A stretch of 64,000 bases of DNA, taken from NCBI GenBank assembly GCA_044221525.1, contig JBGAPB010000001.1:1892-65891 (forward strand), in the 5' to 3' direction. Shown piece after piece: positions 19,786 to 29,597 of the stretch. This stretch comes from Blastocatellia bacterium (lineage in GTDB: Bacteria; Acidobacteriota; Blastocatellia; RBC074). The notes under the pieces are model-generated. The model made no database searches. It was not told where the DNA came from and was given only the letters and a program-made list of their open reading frames with translations. Numbering within the stretch: position 1 is the first letter of the stretch; each line of letters starts with the position of its first letter. A program made the translations under genes and the position numbers.

Positions 19786-20253
19786 GTGAACCGAAAACTG
19801 ATTCGCACAACTTTGGCTGAAGTCAAAGAAAGAGAGTATCACCAACAGCAGGTGCGCCGAGCTGAGCCACCGCCCCAACCTCAACATCGTCAGGAGCGTC
19901 CCGAGCGTCCAGCCCATCAGGGGCATCAAGGGCATCAGGCTCAACCTAAGAAGAAAATTCCGCCTGAGCAGACCAATGCTGAAAGCTTTTACTACAAAAA
20001 GCAGATGGACGCTCACACGCCAATGGTTTTGGTTTTACAGGACAATGAAGCTCTGCACGGGATCATTGAATGGTATGACAAAAACAGCATCAAGCTGCAT
20101 CGTGACGAAGGGCCGAACCTGTTAGTTCTGAAACATAACATCAAGTACATGTACAAAGACGAGGATGTGAAATCTTCAAAAGGAAAAGGCGAGTCGAGTG
20201 CCCGGCACGACGATGACGATGACGACGATTATGAAGATTCGGACGACGAATAG
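19786..20253 (+). CDS. Hfq-like Sm-fold RNA-binding protein with basic His/Pro-rich N-terminal extension and poly-Asp C-terminal tail
   Basis: GTG start after AAGGAGAAAG; Sm1-like [24 protein letters not shown] and Sm2-like LVLKHNIKY (compare Hfq [25 protein letters not shown]…YKHAI). Confidence 0.5.
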   Translation: MNRKLIRTTLAEVKEREYHQQQVRRAEPPPQPQHRQERPERPAHQGHQGHQAQPKKKIPPEQTNAESFYYKKQMDAHTPMVLVLQDNEALHGIIEWYDKNSIKLHRDEGPNLLVLKHNIKYMYKDEDVKSSKGKGESSARHDDDDDDDYEDSDDE

Positions 20254-20291
20254 ACCTTTGCTACGAGGCCTGGAAATATTGGGTCTCAACT

Positions 20292-21332
20292 ATGGCTGAT
20301 TTGACCGCTCCTTTGGGAGTCAGCAAAATTGAAGGCAGAAAGCCCCGCATAGGCATCACGATTGGCGACCCTTCCGGAATCGGGCCGGAAATTTCGCTGA
20401 AGGCGATTGCAGATGAAGAGGTGCTTACTGCTTGCACTCCGATATTGATCGGAGACGCTCAGTATTTGGCGCATTGGTCGCGAATCTTCAATCTGGCGCG
20501 AGGATTTGATGTTATCAATGAAGGCGAATCGTGGCCGAGTAATTTAGACTCGCCAGTGATTTACAACTTGGCCAACATTCCCGGCTCAATTGAGATGGGA
20601 AAGGAACAGGCTGATTGCGGCAAGGCGGCGGCGGAGTTTATCGAAGCCGCTGTTATGCTTTGTGGTATTGGTCAGCTTGATGCCATTGTGACCGCTCCCA
20701 TCAACAAGCTTTCGCTTTACCTTGCCGGTTATGCCTATCCGGGCCACACCGAATTCCTGGCCGACCTTACGCATACCAATGAATTTGCCATGACATTCTT
20801 CGCGCCTGCGTTAAGAGTGTCTTTGTTGACGACTCATGTTCCACTGACTGAAGTTTCCAGCTACGTAAAGAAAAATGCATTGGAAAAGCTGATTCGCCTG
20901 GTTCACCGAGAATTGCTGAGTCTGGGTTTTGAGCGTCCACGTATTGCTGTGGCCGCGCTTAATCCACATGGAGGCGAAGGCACGCTTTTTGGCATCGAAG
21001 AAGCTTCTGAAATGATCCCGGCAATCGAAAGCTGTCGTGAGTTGGACGGAATAAATGTCAGTGGCCCGCACTCAGGTGATACGGTTTTTCTGCGTGCTGT
21101 AAGAGGAGAGTTTGATTTGGTGATTTCGTGTTATCACGATCAGGGACTGATTCCTGTGAAATGTTTTTCGTTTGGCGAAGCGGTCAACGTTACACTTGGC
21201 TTGCCGTTCATACGGACTTCAGTTGATCACGGAACCGCCTTTGACATTGCAGGTCAGGGCAAAGCGGATCATTCAAGTATGATTGCTGCGATTAAGCTTG
21301 CGGTTGAGTTGTTTCAGCGGAAGAGTGACTGA
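20292..21332 (+). CDS. pdxA: 4-hydroxythreonine-4-phosphate dehydrogenase
   Basis: PdxA-family motifs ITIGDPSGIGPEI, …AFDIAGQGKADHSSMIAAIKLA. Confidence 0.85.
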   Translation: MADLTAPLGVSKIEGRKPRIGITIGDPSGIGPEISLKAIADEEVLTACTPILIGDAQYLAHWSRIFNLARGFDVINEGESWPSNLDSPVIYNLANIPGSIEMGKEQADCGKAAAEFIEAAVMLCGIGQLDAIVTAPINKLSLYLAGYAYPGHTEFLADLTHTNEFAMTFFAPALRVSLLTTHVPLTEVSSYVKKNALEKLIRLVHRELLSLGFERPRIAVAALNPHGGEGTLFGIEEASEMIPAIESCRELDGINVSGPHSGDTVFLRAVRGEFDLVISCYHDQGLIPVKCFSFGEAVNVTLGLPFIRTSVDHGTAFDIAGQGKADHSSMIAAIKLAVELFQRKSD

Positions 21333-21453
21333 AGGAAAGTTTTAGGTCAAACAAAAGAGGGTACAGTTGACGGGTAGCCTGACAACTGCGCCCTCTTTTG
21401 TTTGAGAAAAAGGTGAGAAAGCCGAAACGACTTTCTCGCCAATAACCCCAAAA

Positions 21454-22191
21454 TTACTTCTTCTTGGCGGCTTTCTTTGCCGGAGCAGCTTTTTTAGCTG
21501 GAGCGGCTTTCTTTGCCGGAGCAGCTTTTTTAGCTGGAGCGGCTTTCTTTGCCGGAGCAGCTTTTTTAGCTGGAGCGGCTTTCTTTGCTGGCATATTTTT
21601 TGGGCCTCCTTTCTTTGAGAGTGATTTTGCAACTTTATTAACTGCCTTTTTGATTGCTTTCTTGGCAGCCTTCTTAGCCGGCTTAACCGGTTGGGAAATT
21701 TTTTGGACAGTCTTCTGAACTGAAGACTTGGCGGCTTTCCTTGCTGATTTTGCAGCCCTCCTAGCCGTCTTTCTGACAGTCTGTTTGATCGCTTTTGGCT
21801 TCGCCAATTTCGGGATTGGCTCCGTTACCGTTGGGCTTGTTTTAGCATCTGCAGTGGTTACGACTTGAGATTTTTCGCTTATCGCAACCGGCGATTCGCT
21901 CACTCGTTCTATGGTGTTAGCGCTTCTGATCGTCAGTTCGTCATTGGCGCCGTCATTGTCATCATCAAACGAATTGTTGTTTAAGTCGCTCTTCAAATAA
22001 TCTTCATCTTCGTAATCGTTCTCATCGCGGTAATCGTCATAATCCCACGGGTCGCGTTCTTCATCCTCTGACTGCAGGAAGTAACTTTTGGGCGCTCTGC
22101 CTTGCGGCGCGAAGTACCTGATTGGTGGCAGACCATCGTCTTTATTCAAGCCAACACTCATACCATCTTTCAAACCACCTTTCTTTGTCAT
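21454..22191 (-). CDS. Histone H1-like Lys/Ala-rich DNA-binding protein with (AAPAKK)n C-terminal repeats and an acidic middle region
   Basis: AAGGAGGA SD before MTKKGG…; C-terminal PAKKAAPAKKAA ×6; acidic DYDDYRDENDYEDEDY stretch. Confidence 0.6.
   Translation of the reverse strand: MTKKGGLKDGMSVGLNKDDGLPPIRYFAPQGRAPKSYFLQSEDEERDPWDYDDYRDENDYEDEDYLKSDLNNNSFDDDNDGANDELTIRSANTIERVSESPVAISEKSQVVTTADAKTSPTVTEPIPKLAKPKAIKQTVRKTARRAAKSARKAAKSSVQKTVQKISQPVKPAKKAAKKAIKKAVNKVAKSLSKKGGPKNMPAKKAAPAKKAAPAKKAAPAKKAAPAKKAAPAKKAAPAKKAAKKK
21464..21600. repeat. 36-bp tandem repeat (about 3.7 copies) inside the H1-like gene
   Basis: gcggctttctttgccggagcagcttttttagctggagc repeated head-to-tail. Confidence 0.85.
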
Positions 22192-22539
22192 AATCCTCCT
22201 TGATCGGTTCATAAAGCCGTCAGAGCGGTGCGCCGCTCACTCCTTCTCTCAACATCGTTGTCGAAATCGTATAGAGAAGCAGACTGTATTACAGCGCGCA
22301 ATTTTGGTTTGTTGATGTAGATTGAATCATAAGGTATTGGCGAAACGCAGGCGGATTATAGCACGTAGCTTTTTTGTCGCTAGAGCAATTGTCTATAGGC
22401 CAACATGAACCAACATTGACTGAATTCAAGAGAGTGTTGAAACCACTTTGCTTATTTTGCATTCGGCGGTTGATGTGTAAAATGGCGTGTCTTTAGTGAG
22501 CGACATATTCAACACTGATATTCAAGGTTAAGAATTTCA

Positions 22540-23640
22540 ATGAAGCATGAAAAGATCGGAATTGGGTTGATCGGCACTGGCTTTGCGCGAAGCGCGCAAG
22601 CTCCGGCTTTTCAATTGTGCGATGGGGCAGAGTTGGTGGCAGTGTGCAGTGGTCAGCACGAGAACGCCGTCAAAGTTTCTTCCGAATTTAAGATTGCCCA
22701 CGCTTGCGAAAGTTATGAACAGCTATTGGCGCTTGAAGAGGTTTCAGTGGTCGTTGTCTCCGCTCCGCCATACCTTCACCATCCGATTTCCATTGCCGCG
22801 CTCAACTCCGGCAAGCACGTCATTTGCGAAAAGCCAATGGCGATGAATTCCGCTGAAGCGCGCGAGATGGCGGATTTGGCTCTGTCGAAACCAAATCAGC
22901 TTTCGATCATAGATCACGAATTACGGTTCAACCCAACCTGGCGGCGGATGAAGGAACTGGTTGATAGCGGATTTTTGGGTGACTTGCATCACGTCAATGT
23001 GACGATTGCTTCAGGCTTTCGTCACTCGGCTCAACGTCCGTGGAATTGGTGGTCGCAAAAATCGGCTGGAGGCGGATTGCTCGGAGCGCTTGGATCGCAT
23101 GTCATTGACGCTCTGCGCTGGACGTTCGGTGAAATCGAATCTGTGTGCAGTACAGTCGCTACTATGATTCCCGAACGCAAAGACGCCAAGACTGGCGAAA
23201 TGAAACAGAACGAAACAGACGATTACTGCTCGTTTCTTGTTCGCTTCAATTCGCAAGATGGTCGCGTTCCTCACGCCGTAGTTCAGTTGTCAGCTTTGTA
23301 TGCCAGTGGCGGAAAAAATCAGGTCACCGCCGTTGGCAGCAACGGCACATTGGTGCTGGATGGCGAAGAAGTGTTGCTTGGCGCTATCGGCTATAACCAT
23401 CCGTTTGAAGAAATGTCGCTGGCTGATCGTGCGCGCGAAATATCAGTTATACCTGATAACGTTTGGGCGCGCTCGTTTTATCATCTTGCACGGGAAACTG
23501 TGCAGGCTTTGCGTGAAGGCAGAACAGAGATTGCTCATGCAGCCACTTTTACTGATGGATTGCGCTGCCAGGAAGTGATTGATGCTGTCTTGCGCTCGCA
23601 CGCCGAACAGAGATGGATAGAACCCGGCGGGCCAAGCTGA
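22540..23640 (+). CDS. Gfo/Idh/MocA-family NAD(P)-dependent oxidoreductase
   Basis: Rossmann N-terminus IGIGLIGTGFAR…, EKPMA motif. Confidence 0.85.
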   Translation: MKHEKIGIGLIGTGFARSAQAPAFQLCDGAELVAVCSGQHENAVKVSSEFKIAHACESYEQLLALEEVSVVVVSAPPYLHHPISIAALNSGKHVICEKPMAMNSAEAREMADLALSKPNQLSIIDHELRFNPTWRRMKELVDSGFLGDLHHVNVTIASGFRHSAQRPWNWWSQKSAGGGLLGALGSHVIDALRWTFGEIESVCSTVATMIPERKDAKTGEMKQNETDDYCSFLVRFNSQDGRVPHAVVQLSALYASGGKNQVTAVGSNGTLVLDGEEVLLGAIGYNHPFEEMSLADRAREISVIPDNVWARSFYHLARETVQALREGRTEIAHAATFTDGLRCQEVIDAVLRSHAEQRWIEPGGPS

Positions 23641-23812
23641 GTCAGAGGCAAAAGTTCCCACAAACTCCGTCGCCGACTGGCCAAATGCGGTTCATTGTGT
23701 ATACTCACACCTTTGCTCGACGCGCCCTGACGCCCATAATGTCAGCGTTTGTCGGCAAATCAGCTTTGAAGTTCAAAGAAATAATCAAATTTCAATTCAG
23801 GAGTATTCGATC

Positions 23813-24022
23813 ATGGCAACAGTTAAACGCTTCAACATTTTTTGCCCGAAGTGTCAGCACAAATTCCCGGTCTTTGCCTCGTTACATCACACTATTGATG
23901 TTGACGGATGGGTCAAGGAAAAGTCAGATAATCACGACTGCAAATCCTACGCCGATCAATTAGCCAAAGAACGGGCGCCGCGCGCTCTGAACCCGATCAA
24001 GGCTTCAAAGAAAGGCAAGTAG
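23813..24022 (+). CDS. Small zinc-ribbon-like hypothetical protein
   Basis: CPKC…HDC pattern; AGGAG SD. Confidence 0.3.
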   Translation: MATVKRFNIFCPKCQHKFPVFASLHHTIDVDGWVKEKSDNHDCKSYADQLAKERAPRALNPIKASKKGK

Positions 24023-24135
24023 TTCGATCTGTCGAGCATTGAAGCTCAGGCTTCAGCTAGCAGCGTTATTTTGCAGTTATTCCGGGGGAGTCAGGCTAAA
24101 GCCTGAATCCCCGGCCTCTTTTGAGGGAGACATCA

Positions 24136-24372
24136 ATGGCAACGAAAATTACTGTCAACAACAATGGTTCGTTACGAGTCGAAGGCGATGTGGAGATTTT
24201 CGACGCCGGCGGCAATCAATTCGGACTTGGTGGAAGGTCGGTCATAGGTTTGTGTCGTTGCGGTCAGAGCGCGAACAAACCTTTCTGTGATGGCTCGCAC
24301 GCTCGCTGCGGCTTTCAGTCGCAAGTCGAAGCCAAAGACCTGCCCCCGCCAGCGCCGAAACCTGCGGCTTAG
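24136..24372 (+). CDS. CDGSH-type iron-sulfur domain protein
   Basis: LCRCGQSANKPFCDGSHARCGF; GAGGGAG SD before ATG at 24136. Confidence 0.7.
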   Translation: MATKITVNNNGSLRVEGDVEIFDAGGNQFGLGGRSVIGLCRCGQSANKPFCDGSHARCGFQSQVEAKDLPPPAPKPAA

Positions 24373-24442
24373 TTGTCGGCGTATTGCTTGGGAAAACAAA
24401 GGCTTACAAAGCCACAAACTCTAAATAATCAGGAATAAAAAC

Positions 24443-25588
24443 ATGAGTACAGCACCATCAGCAGGAGCTGGATTGCGCGACGTGGTCGCCGCGCCGAGCA
24501 GCATCTGTTTTATTGACGGAGAAAAAGGAATATTGGTATACGGCGGTTACGACATTCATCAGCTTGCCGAAAACTCAAATTTTGAAGAAGTGGTCTTTCT
24601 ACTTTGGAACGGACGTTTGCCGAACAAAGCTGAGTTGGACGATCTAAACAAACAGCTCGTGGCCAATCGCGCGCTTCCGACAGAGATCATTTCTCTGATC
24701 AAATCATTTCCAAAAACAGCCGTACCGATGGATTCACTTCGGACGGCTGTTTCGGCTTTGTCCTTCTTCGATCCGGATAAAGGTAACAACTCGCCGGAAG
24801 CTCGCAAGCGTCAGGCGGTTCGTTTGGTCGCTCAAGTGGCCACGGTCGTTGCCGCGATTGATCGCATTCGCAATGGCAAAGAACCGCTAGACCCGAAACC
24901 GGAATTGTCGCACGCCGGCAATTTCCTTTACATGTTGAATGGTAAGGAACCTTCAGACGTTGAAACCAAGGCTTTGGATATTGCCTTGATTCTACATGCT
25001 GATCATGAATTCAATGCCTCGACCTTTGCCGCGCGAGTCACTGCCGGAACTCTGGCTGACATTTATGCCGCGACGACTTCGGCAATTGGAGCTTTGTCGG
25101 GGCCGTTGCACGGCGGAGCTAACGAACAGGTAATGAAGATGCTGTTGGAAATCGGCTCGCCAGATAAAGTTGAGCAGTACGTTGCAGACAAATTTGCCAA
25201 AGGCGAAAAGATCATGGGCATCGGCCACGCTGTTTACCAAACCGAAGACCCACGGGCGACTCATTTGCGTCGTATGTCCGAAGCCACAGGCAAACGTCAG
25301 GGCGACACCAAATGGTTCGATATGTCCAAGCACATTGAAGACATAGTCGTCGCCGAAATGGATCGCAAAGGCAAAAAGATTCGCGCCAACGTAGATTTCT
25401 ATTCAGCTTCGACTTACTACATGCTGGGCATTCCGGTTGACCTTTATACGCCGATCTTTGCTGTCAGCCGCATCAGTGGATGGACTGCTCATGTGCTGGA
25501 ACAACTCAGCAACAATAAATTGATCCGTCCGCGTTCGGAATATCTTGGCGGGATGAATTTGAAATACGTTCCTATTGAAAACCGATAA
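24443..25588 (+). CDS. Citrate synthase (short form; 2-methylcitrate synthase is possible)
   Basis: GIGHAVYQTEDPRA and the His/Asp catalytic region; 381 aa. Confidence 0.85.
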   Translation: MSTAPSAGAGLRDVVAAPSSICFIDGEKGILVYGGYDIHQLAENSNFEEVVFLLWNGRLPNKAELDDLNKQLVANRALPTEIISLIKSFPKTAVPMDSLRTAVSALSFFDPDKGNNSPEARKRQAVRLVAQVATVVAAIDRIRNGKEPLDPKPELSHAGNFLYMLNGKEPSDVETKALDIALILHADHEFNASTFAARVTAGTLADIYAATTSAIGALSGPLHGGANEQVMKMLLEIGSPDKVEQYVADKFAKGEKIMGIGHAVYQTEDPRATHLRRMSEATGKRQGDTKWFDMSKHIEDIVVAEMDRKGKKIRANVDFYSASTYYMLGIPVDLYTPIFAVSRISGWTAHVLEQLSNNKLIRPRSEYLGGMNLKYVPIENR

Positions 25589-25609
25589 GCGCAAAAGAGG
25601 TAACAGCTT

Positions 25610-25828
25610 ATGAGCAACGTCGTTATTTACACCAAACCCGGTTGCCCGTATTGCGCGAAGGCGAAAGCCTGGCACAACGAACAGGGAATCGCTTTTGAAG
25701 AGCGCAATGCTCAAGATAATTCAGCTTATCGCCGAGAGATGTTTGCCTACTCCGACAACGATCCGACTGTTCCGGTTATTGTCGTTGAAGGAGTTTATAA
25801 GCAAAGCGGTTGGGAAGGCAGAGGCTGA
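25610..25828 (+). CDS. Glutaredoxin
   Basis: VVIYTKPGCPYCAKAK CPYC active site; 72 aa. Confidence 0.8.
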   Translation: MSNVVIYTKPGCPYCAKAKAWHNEQGIAFEERNAQDNSAYRREMFAYSDNDPTVPVIVVEGVYKQSGWEGRG

Positions 25829-25875
25829 ACGGTCACTTAAGGTCAGCCGTGAGCTGGTCAAAAGCAAAAACAATC

Positions 25876-25910
25876 AAGGCGGTTCGGCATAAGCTGAAAC
25901 CGCCTTTTTG
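25876..25910 (+). terminator. Rho-independent terminator after the glutaredoxin gene
   Basis: aaggcggtt cggcataagctga aaccgcctt tttg. Confidence 0.55.
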
Positions 25911-25922
25911 ATTTGGTGGGCA

Positions 25923-27011
25923 ATGGCAAAAAATTCAAAACCGACTCGCCGTGAAATTCTGCAAGGCAGCGTTGCCGCTTCGATGGCGCTGTTTGCCGAT
26001 AAAGGAATATCCGCAATGACAAACTCTATTCAACCAAACCCGAAAGGTTCGATCACTGATGTTGCCGGAATCAAAGTCGGCCATTTCACAGACAAGCGGA
26101 GACCGACTGGTTGCACTGTGATTCTATGCGAAGAAGGCGCAACCGGCGGCGTTGATGTTCGAGGTGCAGCGCCTGGAACGCGCGAAACTGATTTGCTTGA
26201 TCCGAAAAATCTGGTTCAGCAGGTTCACGCCATTGTTCTGAGTGGAGGTAGCGCTTTTGGGCTGGATACAGCTACTGGCGTGGTTCGCTATCTGGAAGAG
26301 CGAGGCATCGGTTACGACGTTGGAGTGGCGAAAGTGCCCATCGTTCCCGCTGCAATCCTGTTCGACCTGGGAGTCGGTGACGCCAAAATTCGCCCCGACG
26401 CCGACGCCGGTTACAAAGCCTGCAAAGCCGCCACGACCAACGCGCCTGCCGAAGGTAATGTTGGCGCTGGAGCGGGAGCGACAGTTGGAAAGATGTTTGG
26501 CGGTAAACGAGCGATGAAAGGCGGTATTGGCACGGCTTCGATAACGCTGGCTGGTCTGACGGTTGGAGCCATCGTCGCTGTCAACGCCGTTGGAGACGTG
26601 ATTGATCCGACGACCGGAAAACTCATTGCCGGAGCGCGCAGCGTGGACGGCAAAAAGCTGGCTGGAACGATGGCCGGAATTCTTCGCGGAGAAGCTTTGC
26701 CACCAATGCTGGGCGGAACAAACACGACGATTGGTTTGGTCGCAACTGACGCCAAACTCGACAAAGCCCAAGCCCAGAAAGTTGCTGGGATGGCTCACGA
26801 TGGTTTGGCACGGACGATTAATCCGGCCCACACGATGTTTGACGGAGACACGATTTTCGCCGTCGCCACAGGCAAAACGACTTCAACTAAGCCCGCCAAC
26901 GTCACGCTGATTGGAGCCTTGGCCGCCGAAGCCATGTCGAAAGCCGTCATCCGTGCCATTCGCGCAGCAAAAGGGATTCAAAACTTTCCCAGCGCGGCGG
27001 ACTTGGAGTAA
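25923..27011 (+). CDS. Peptidase S58 (DmpA/L-aminopeptidase family) with Tat signal
   Basis: TRREILQGSVAAS Tat motif; GCTVILCEEGATGGVDVRGAAPGTRETDLL. Confidence 0.75.
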   Translation: MAKNSKPTRREILQGSVAASMALFADKGISAMTNSIQPNPKGSITDVAGIKVGHFTDKRRPTGCTVILCEEGATGGVDVRGAAPGTRETDLLDPKNLVQQVHAIVLSGGSAFGLDTATGVVRYLEERGIGYDVGVAKVPIVPAAILFDLGVGDAKIRPDADAGYKACKAATTNAPAEGNVGAGAGATVGKMFGGKRAMKGGIGTASITLAGLTVGAIVAVNAVGDVIDPTTGKLIAGARSVDGKKLAGTMAGILRGEALPPMLGGTNTTIGLVATDAKLDKAQAQKVAGMAHDGLARTINPAHTMFDGDTIFAVATGKTTSTKPANVTLIGALAAEAMSKAVIRAIRAAKGIQNFPSAADLE

Positions 27012-27346
27012 AGCCGGTTGCCGTTTTTAGCTCACTATTGGCCCAGAAACTTTGAGGTGAAGTATTGAAGCCGATAAATTGCACGAACGAGTAATTTAAC
27101 TCTTTACAAAAAGAAGTTTACCGAAAGATTCCATATTGTTTTGCAGGCATACGATATGGGTTGAAAGAAGATTGGTTGACAATTCTGTCGGTCACTATAA
27201 CCCGCCATAAATTCTTTAAGATAAAGCAGTTAAAACTTTTTTTTGAATAGCACGAATCTATGGCGCGCCAGATGCATTTCACTCAAACGAAAGGAGACCT
27301 GGTATCAGTTGCACTGTCGCACTCTGATGGACTCAGGTGAATGAAC

Positions 27347-27766
27347 ATGAATTTGAAGAAAACTATTATTGCCTTAACTCTCGCGTTTGGATTGGTATTT
27401 ACTGCCGGTTTGTCCAGCCAGGCTTCTGTTCAGGCTCAGGGCTGGGGTTGGGGCTGGGGAAAGAATCGCCGTGATAATCGGCGCGACGACCGGCGTGATC
27501 GCAGAGACGACCGTCGTGATGATCGCTGGGATCGCCGCGACGACCGTCGTGATGATCGCTGGGACAACAATCGTGGTTACAACAACCGTGATTATGACAA
27601 AGGCTTCCGCGATGGTCTGGACAGAGGGCAGGAAGATCTGCGCAAACGGCTCAGAGCTGATCCAAACAATTCCAGTCACTACCGCAATGGCAACTCTTCT
27701 TATCGCGAAGGTTTCCGCAAAGGATACTACGAAGGCTATCGTCAGTATGGCGGGCGTAGGTGGTAA
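27347..27766 (+). CDS. Secreted low-complexity protein with GWGWGWG and (RDDRR)n repeats
   Basis: Signal peptide; about 30-bp tandem repeats at 27474-27570 (cgcgacgaccgtcgtgatgatcgctggga ×2 plus). Confidence 0.5.
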   Translation: MNLKKTIIALTLAFGLVFTAGLSSQASVQAQGWGWGWGKNRRDNRRDDRRDRRDDRRDDRWDRRDDRRDDRWDNNRGYNNRDYDKGFRDGLDRGQEDLRKRLRADPNNSSHYRNGNSSYREGFRKGYYEGYRQYGGRRW

Positions 27767-27785
27767 CTTACGGAGAGCAAAGAAA

Positions 27786-27826
27786 ATAAAAAAGCCGCTG
27801 GCTTGTAAAGTCGGCGGCTTTTTTTG
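27786..27826. terminator. Bidirectional rho-independent terminator between convergent genes
   Basis: A-run, aagccgc…gcggctt stem, T7 run. Confidence 0.6.
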
Positions 27827-27841
27827 CGTCTGTGAAGAGCT

Positions 27842-28711
27842 TCATCGTTTGATCGTGTAAGAATCAATGAGTTTGCCATCAGCGGCAATGGCTTCGATCT
27901 TCATTTCGTCTTCAGTCGCTTGAACAATCAAAAACGAATTAACCGAATCTTCTCCGAAAGCCATCAGCGGAGATTTGCGATCCAGAGTTCTCTTTTTTAT
28001 TTCACCGCTTGCGCCTTCAGTGAAGTAGTGGACGCCTTTTTGAGGCTTGGTGCGTTCGTAACAATGAGAATGGCCTGCGAAAACTGCGCTGACTCCGTAT
28101 TTGACGTAAAGCGGTTCCAATTGCGCGCGCAACTTGGTGTAAGGTGGATGCATTTTGGCCGATGAATAAATCGAATGGTGACTGAAGGCGATTTTCCACC
28201 TGGCTTTCGACGTTTTCAGCGATTCGTCCAGCCAGCCCAACTGCTTGTCATCCATCACGTTCGAATCCAGAGCGAAAAATTCCAGCAGGTTGTCGGCTTT
28301 GCCGAAGTTGTAATAACGCCGTCCGCCCATGTTGAAATTCTTGTAGTTGGTTTGAAACTCAGTTCCTTTGATGATGTCGTGGTTGCCCAACGAGGCGTAA
28401 AACTTCACTCCAGCGGCCAGTAATTCCTGGTAAGGCTGTTCGAAATGAGTGCCGATTTTTTCCTTCTCGCCTTTTTCGTAAATGTTGTCGCCGAGCATGA
28501 TGACAAACTCGAAAGGAGTTTTTTGTCGCTGTATGACCATTTGCCGTGCGACGGTTTTTTGAGCTTCATCGCCGCTGCCGGAATCGCCTATCACTGCAAA
28601 GATGACAGGAGCTTTGGCAGATGAATCCTGCGCTAAGCTCAATGCTGACAAACTGGCCGCGATGACCATTACTGCGACAGTTGCAGCGAGTTTGGAGACG
28701 ATGTTTTTCAT
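27842..28711 (-). CDS. Secreted calcineurin-like metallophosphoesterase
   Basis: GDSG…GDNIY…GNHD…GHSH motifs; signal peptide. Confidence 0.8.
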   Translation of the reverse strand: MKNIVSKLAATVAVMVIAASLSALSLAQDSSAKAPVIFAVIGDSGSGDEAQKTVARQMVIQRQKTPFEFVIMLGDNIYEKGEKEKIGTHFEQPYQELLAAGVKFYASLGNHDIIKGTEFQTNYKNFNMGGRRYYNFGKADNLLEFFALDSNVMDDKQLGWLDESLKTSKARWKIAFSHHSIYSSAKMHPPYTKLRAQLEPLYVKYGVSAVFAGHSHCYERTKPQKGVHYFTEGASGEIKKRTLDRKSPLMAFGEDSVNSFLIVQATEDEMKIEAIAADGKLIDSYTIKR

Positions 28712-28727
28712 TGCTTAACCTCCTTCG

Positions 28728-29588
28728 TCAGATACCACCAGTTAAATCCTTGACCAGGTGGCCCCAGTCCATGACGAAAATCAGAAAAAAACTTTGGATT
28801 GCTTCCTTGTCGTCTGTTATCAATCCGACTTCGCGGCGCATATCGAGTTCCACTTTTCGCAAACTCTGGCTGCCGAAAAAGACCTGCTTGCCGTCGCGGA
28901 TGATTGTCTGAGTGTGCAAACGAATCAAAGGCATAGGGCGAATCTCAATGCCCTTGATTCGTTTGCTCATGGAGCCTATGACTTTGATTTCGACGCCGGC
29001 TTTGGCTCGTGCTTCCAGATGTTTGAGCATTTGCGAGTCACTCAGCTTGCTGTCGTAAATCAGCAATTGTTTTTCAGCACCAAGGATGAATGCGGAAAGT
29101 TTCTTGCGCGCGTTGATCGGACTGATGACAAAATGCTCTGCTTCGACTTTGTGGGACTTGCCGGCCACGTCGGCGTTGAATAGACGAACGGCTTCGGTAA
29201 CCAATTGTTTGTCTTCGGTGATAATGCCGAAACTTCGGCTGTGGTGAATGTCCAGAAAAGAGAAGTTGAAGGTCAGCAAGAACAACTGGCGACGATCAAC
29301 GATCATGACTTTGCTGTGGTAACGAACCAGGTCTTCGGCTGTGCGGGTGACTTTGACTTTGCGTTCTACCAGACGTTTTTCCAGCTTTTTGATTTCGCGC
29401 AAATCTTCTTTGTTGGTGTAAGTAATCAGCGCATGCACGCGAACACCACGCGCGGCGGCCAAGACAAGTGCCTGCTCTATCTCCAGCCGGTCCAGTCGGT
29501 AAATGACAATCTCTACGCTGTCTTTAGCCTGATTGATGCCTTCCAGCAACGGCGCTATGCCGTCGCGAGGTTGAATGATGAGGTGCAT
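28728..29588 (-). CDS. Phospholipase D-like (two HKD motifs) domain protein
   Basis: HSKVMIVD and HTQTIIRDGKQVFFGSQS. Confidence 0.7.
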   Translation of the reverse strand: MHLIIQPRDGIAPLLEGINQAKDSVEIVIYRLDRLEIEQALVLAAARGVRVHALITYTNKEDLREIKKLEKRLVERKVKVTRTAEDLVRYHSKVMIVDRRQLFLLTFNFSFLDIHHSRSFGIITEDKQLVTEAVRLFNADVAGKSHKVEAEHFVISPINARKKLSAFILGAEKQLLIYDSKLSDSQMLKHLEARAKAGVEIKVIGSMSKRIKGIEIRPMPLIRLHTQTIIRDGKQVFFGSQSLRKVELDMRREVGLITDDKEAIQSFFLIFVMDWGHLVKDLTGGI

Positions 29589-29597
29589 TTCCTTGAA

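Noticed and set aside
21464-21600. Possible CRISPR array
   Set aside because: The repeats are directly adjacent with no spacers and lie in-frame inside a coding sequence. This is a coding tandem repeat, not a CRISPR array.
21342-21718. ORFs in alternative frames of the 36-bp tandem repeat (96 aa minus, 84 aa plus)
   Set aside because: They are repeat-driven frame artefacts. The KAAPAK frame with an SD is the coherent one.
26124-26831. 235-aa minus ORF inside the S58 peptidase gene
   Set aside because: It is antisense to a well-supported gene and its translation is low-complexity.
27176-27210. Putative sigma70 promoter TTGACA…TATAAC upstream of the RDDRR gene
   Set aside because: The spacer between the two elements is about 14 nt, which is non-canonical, so I did not call it as a feature.
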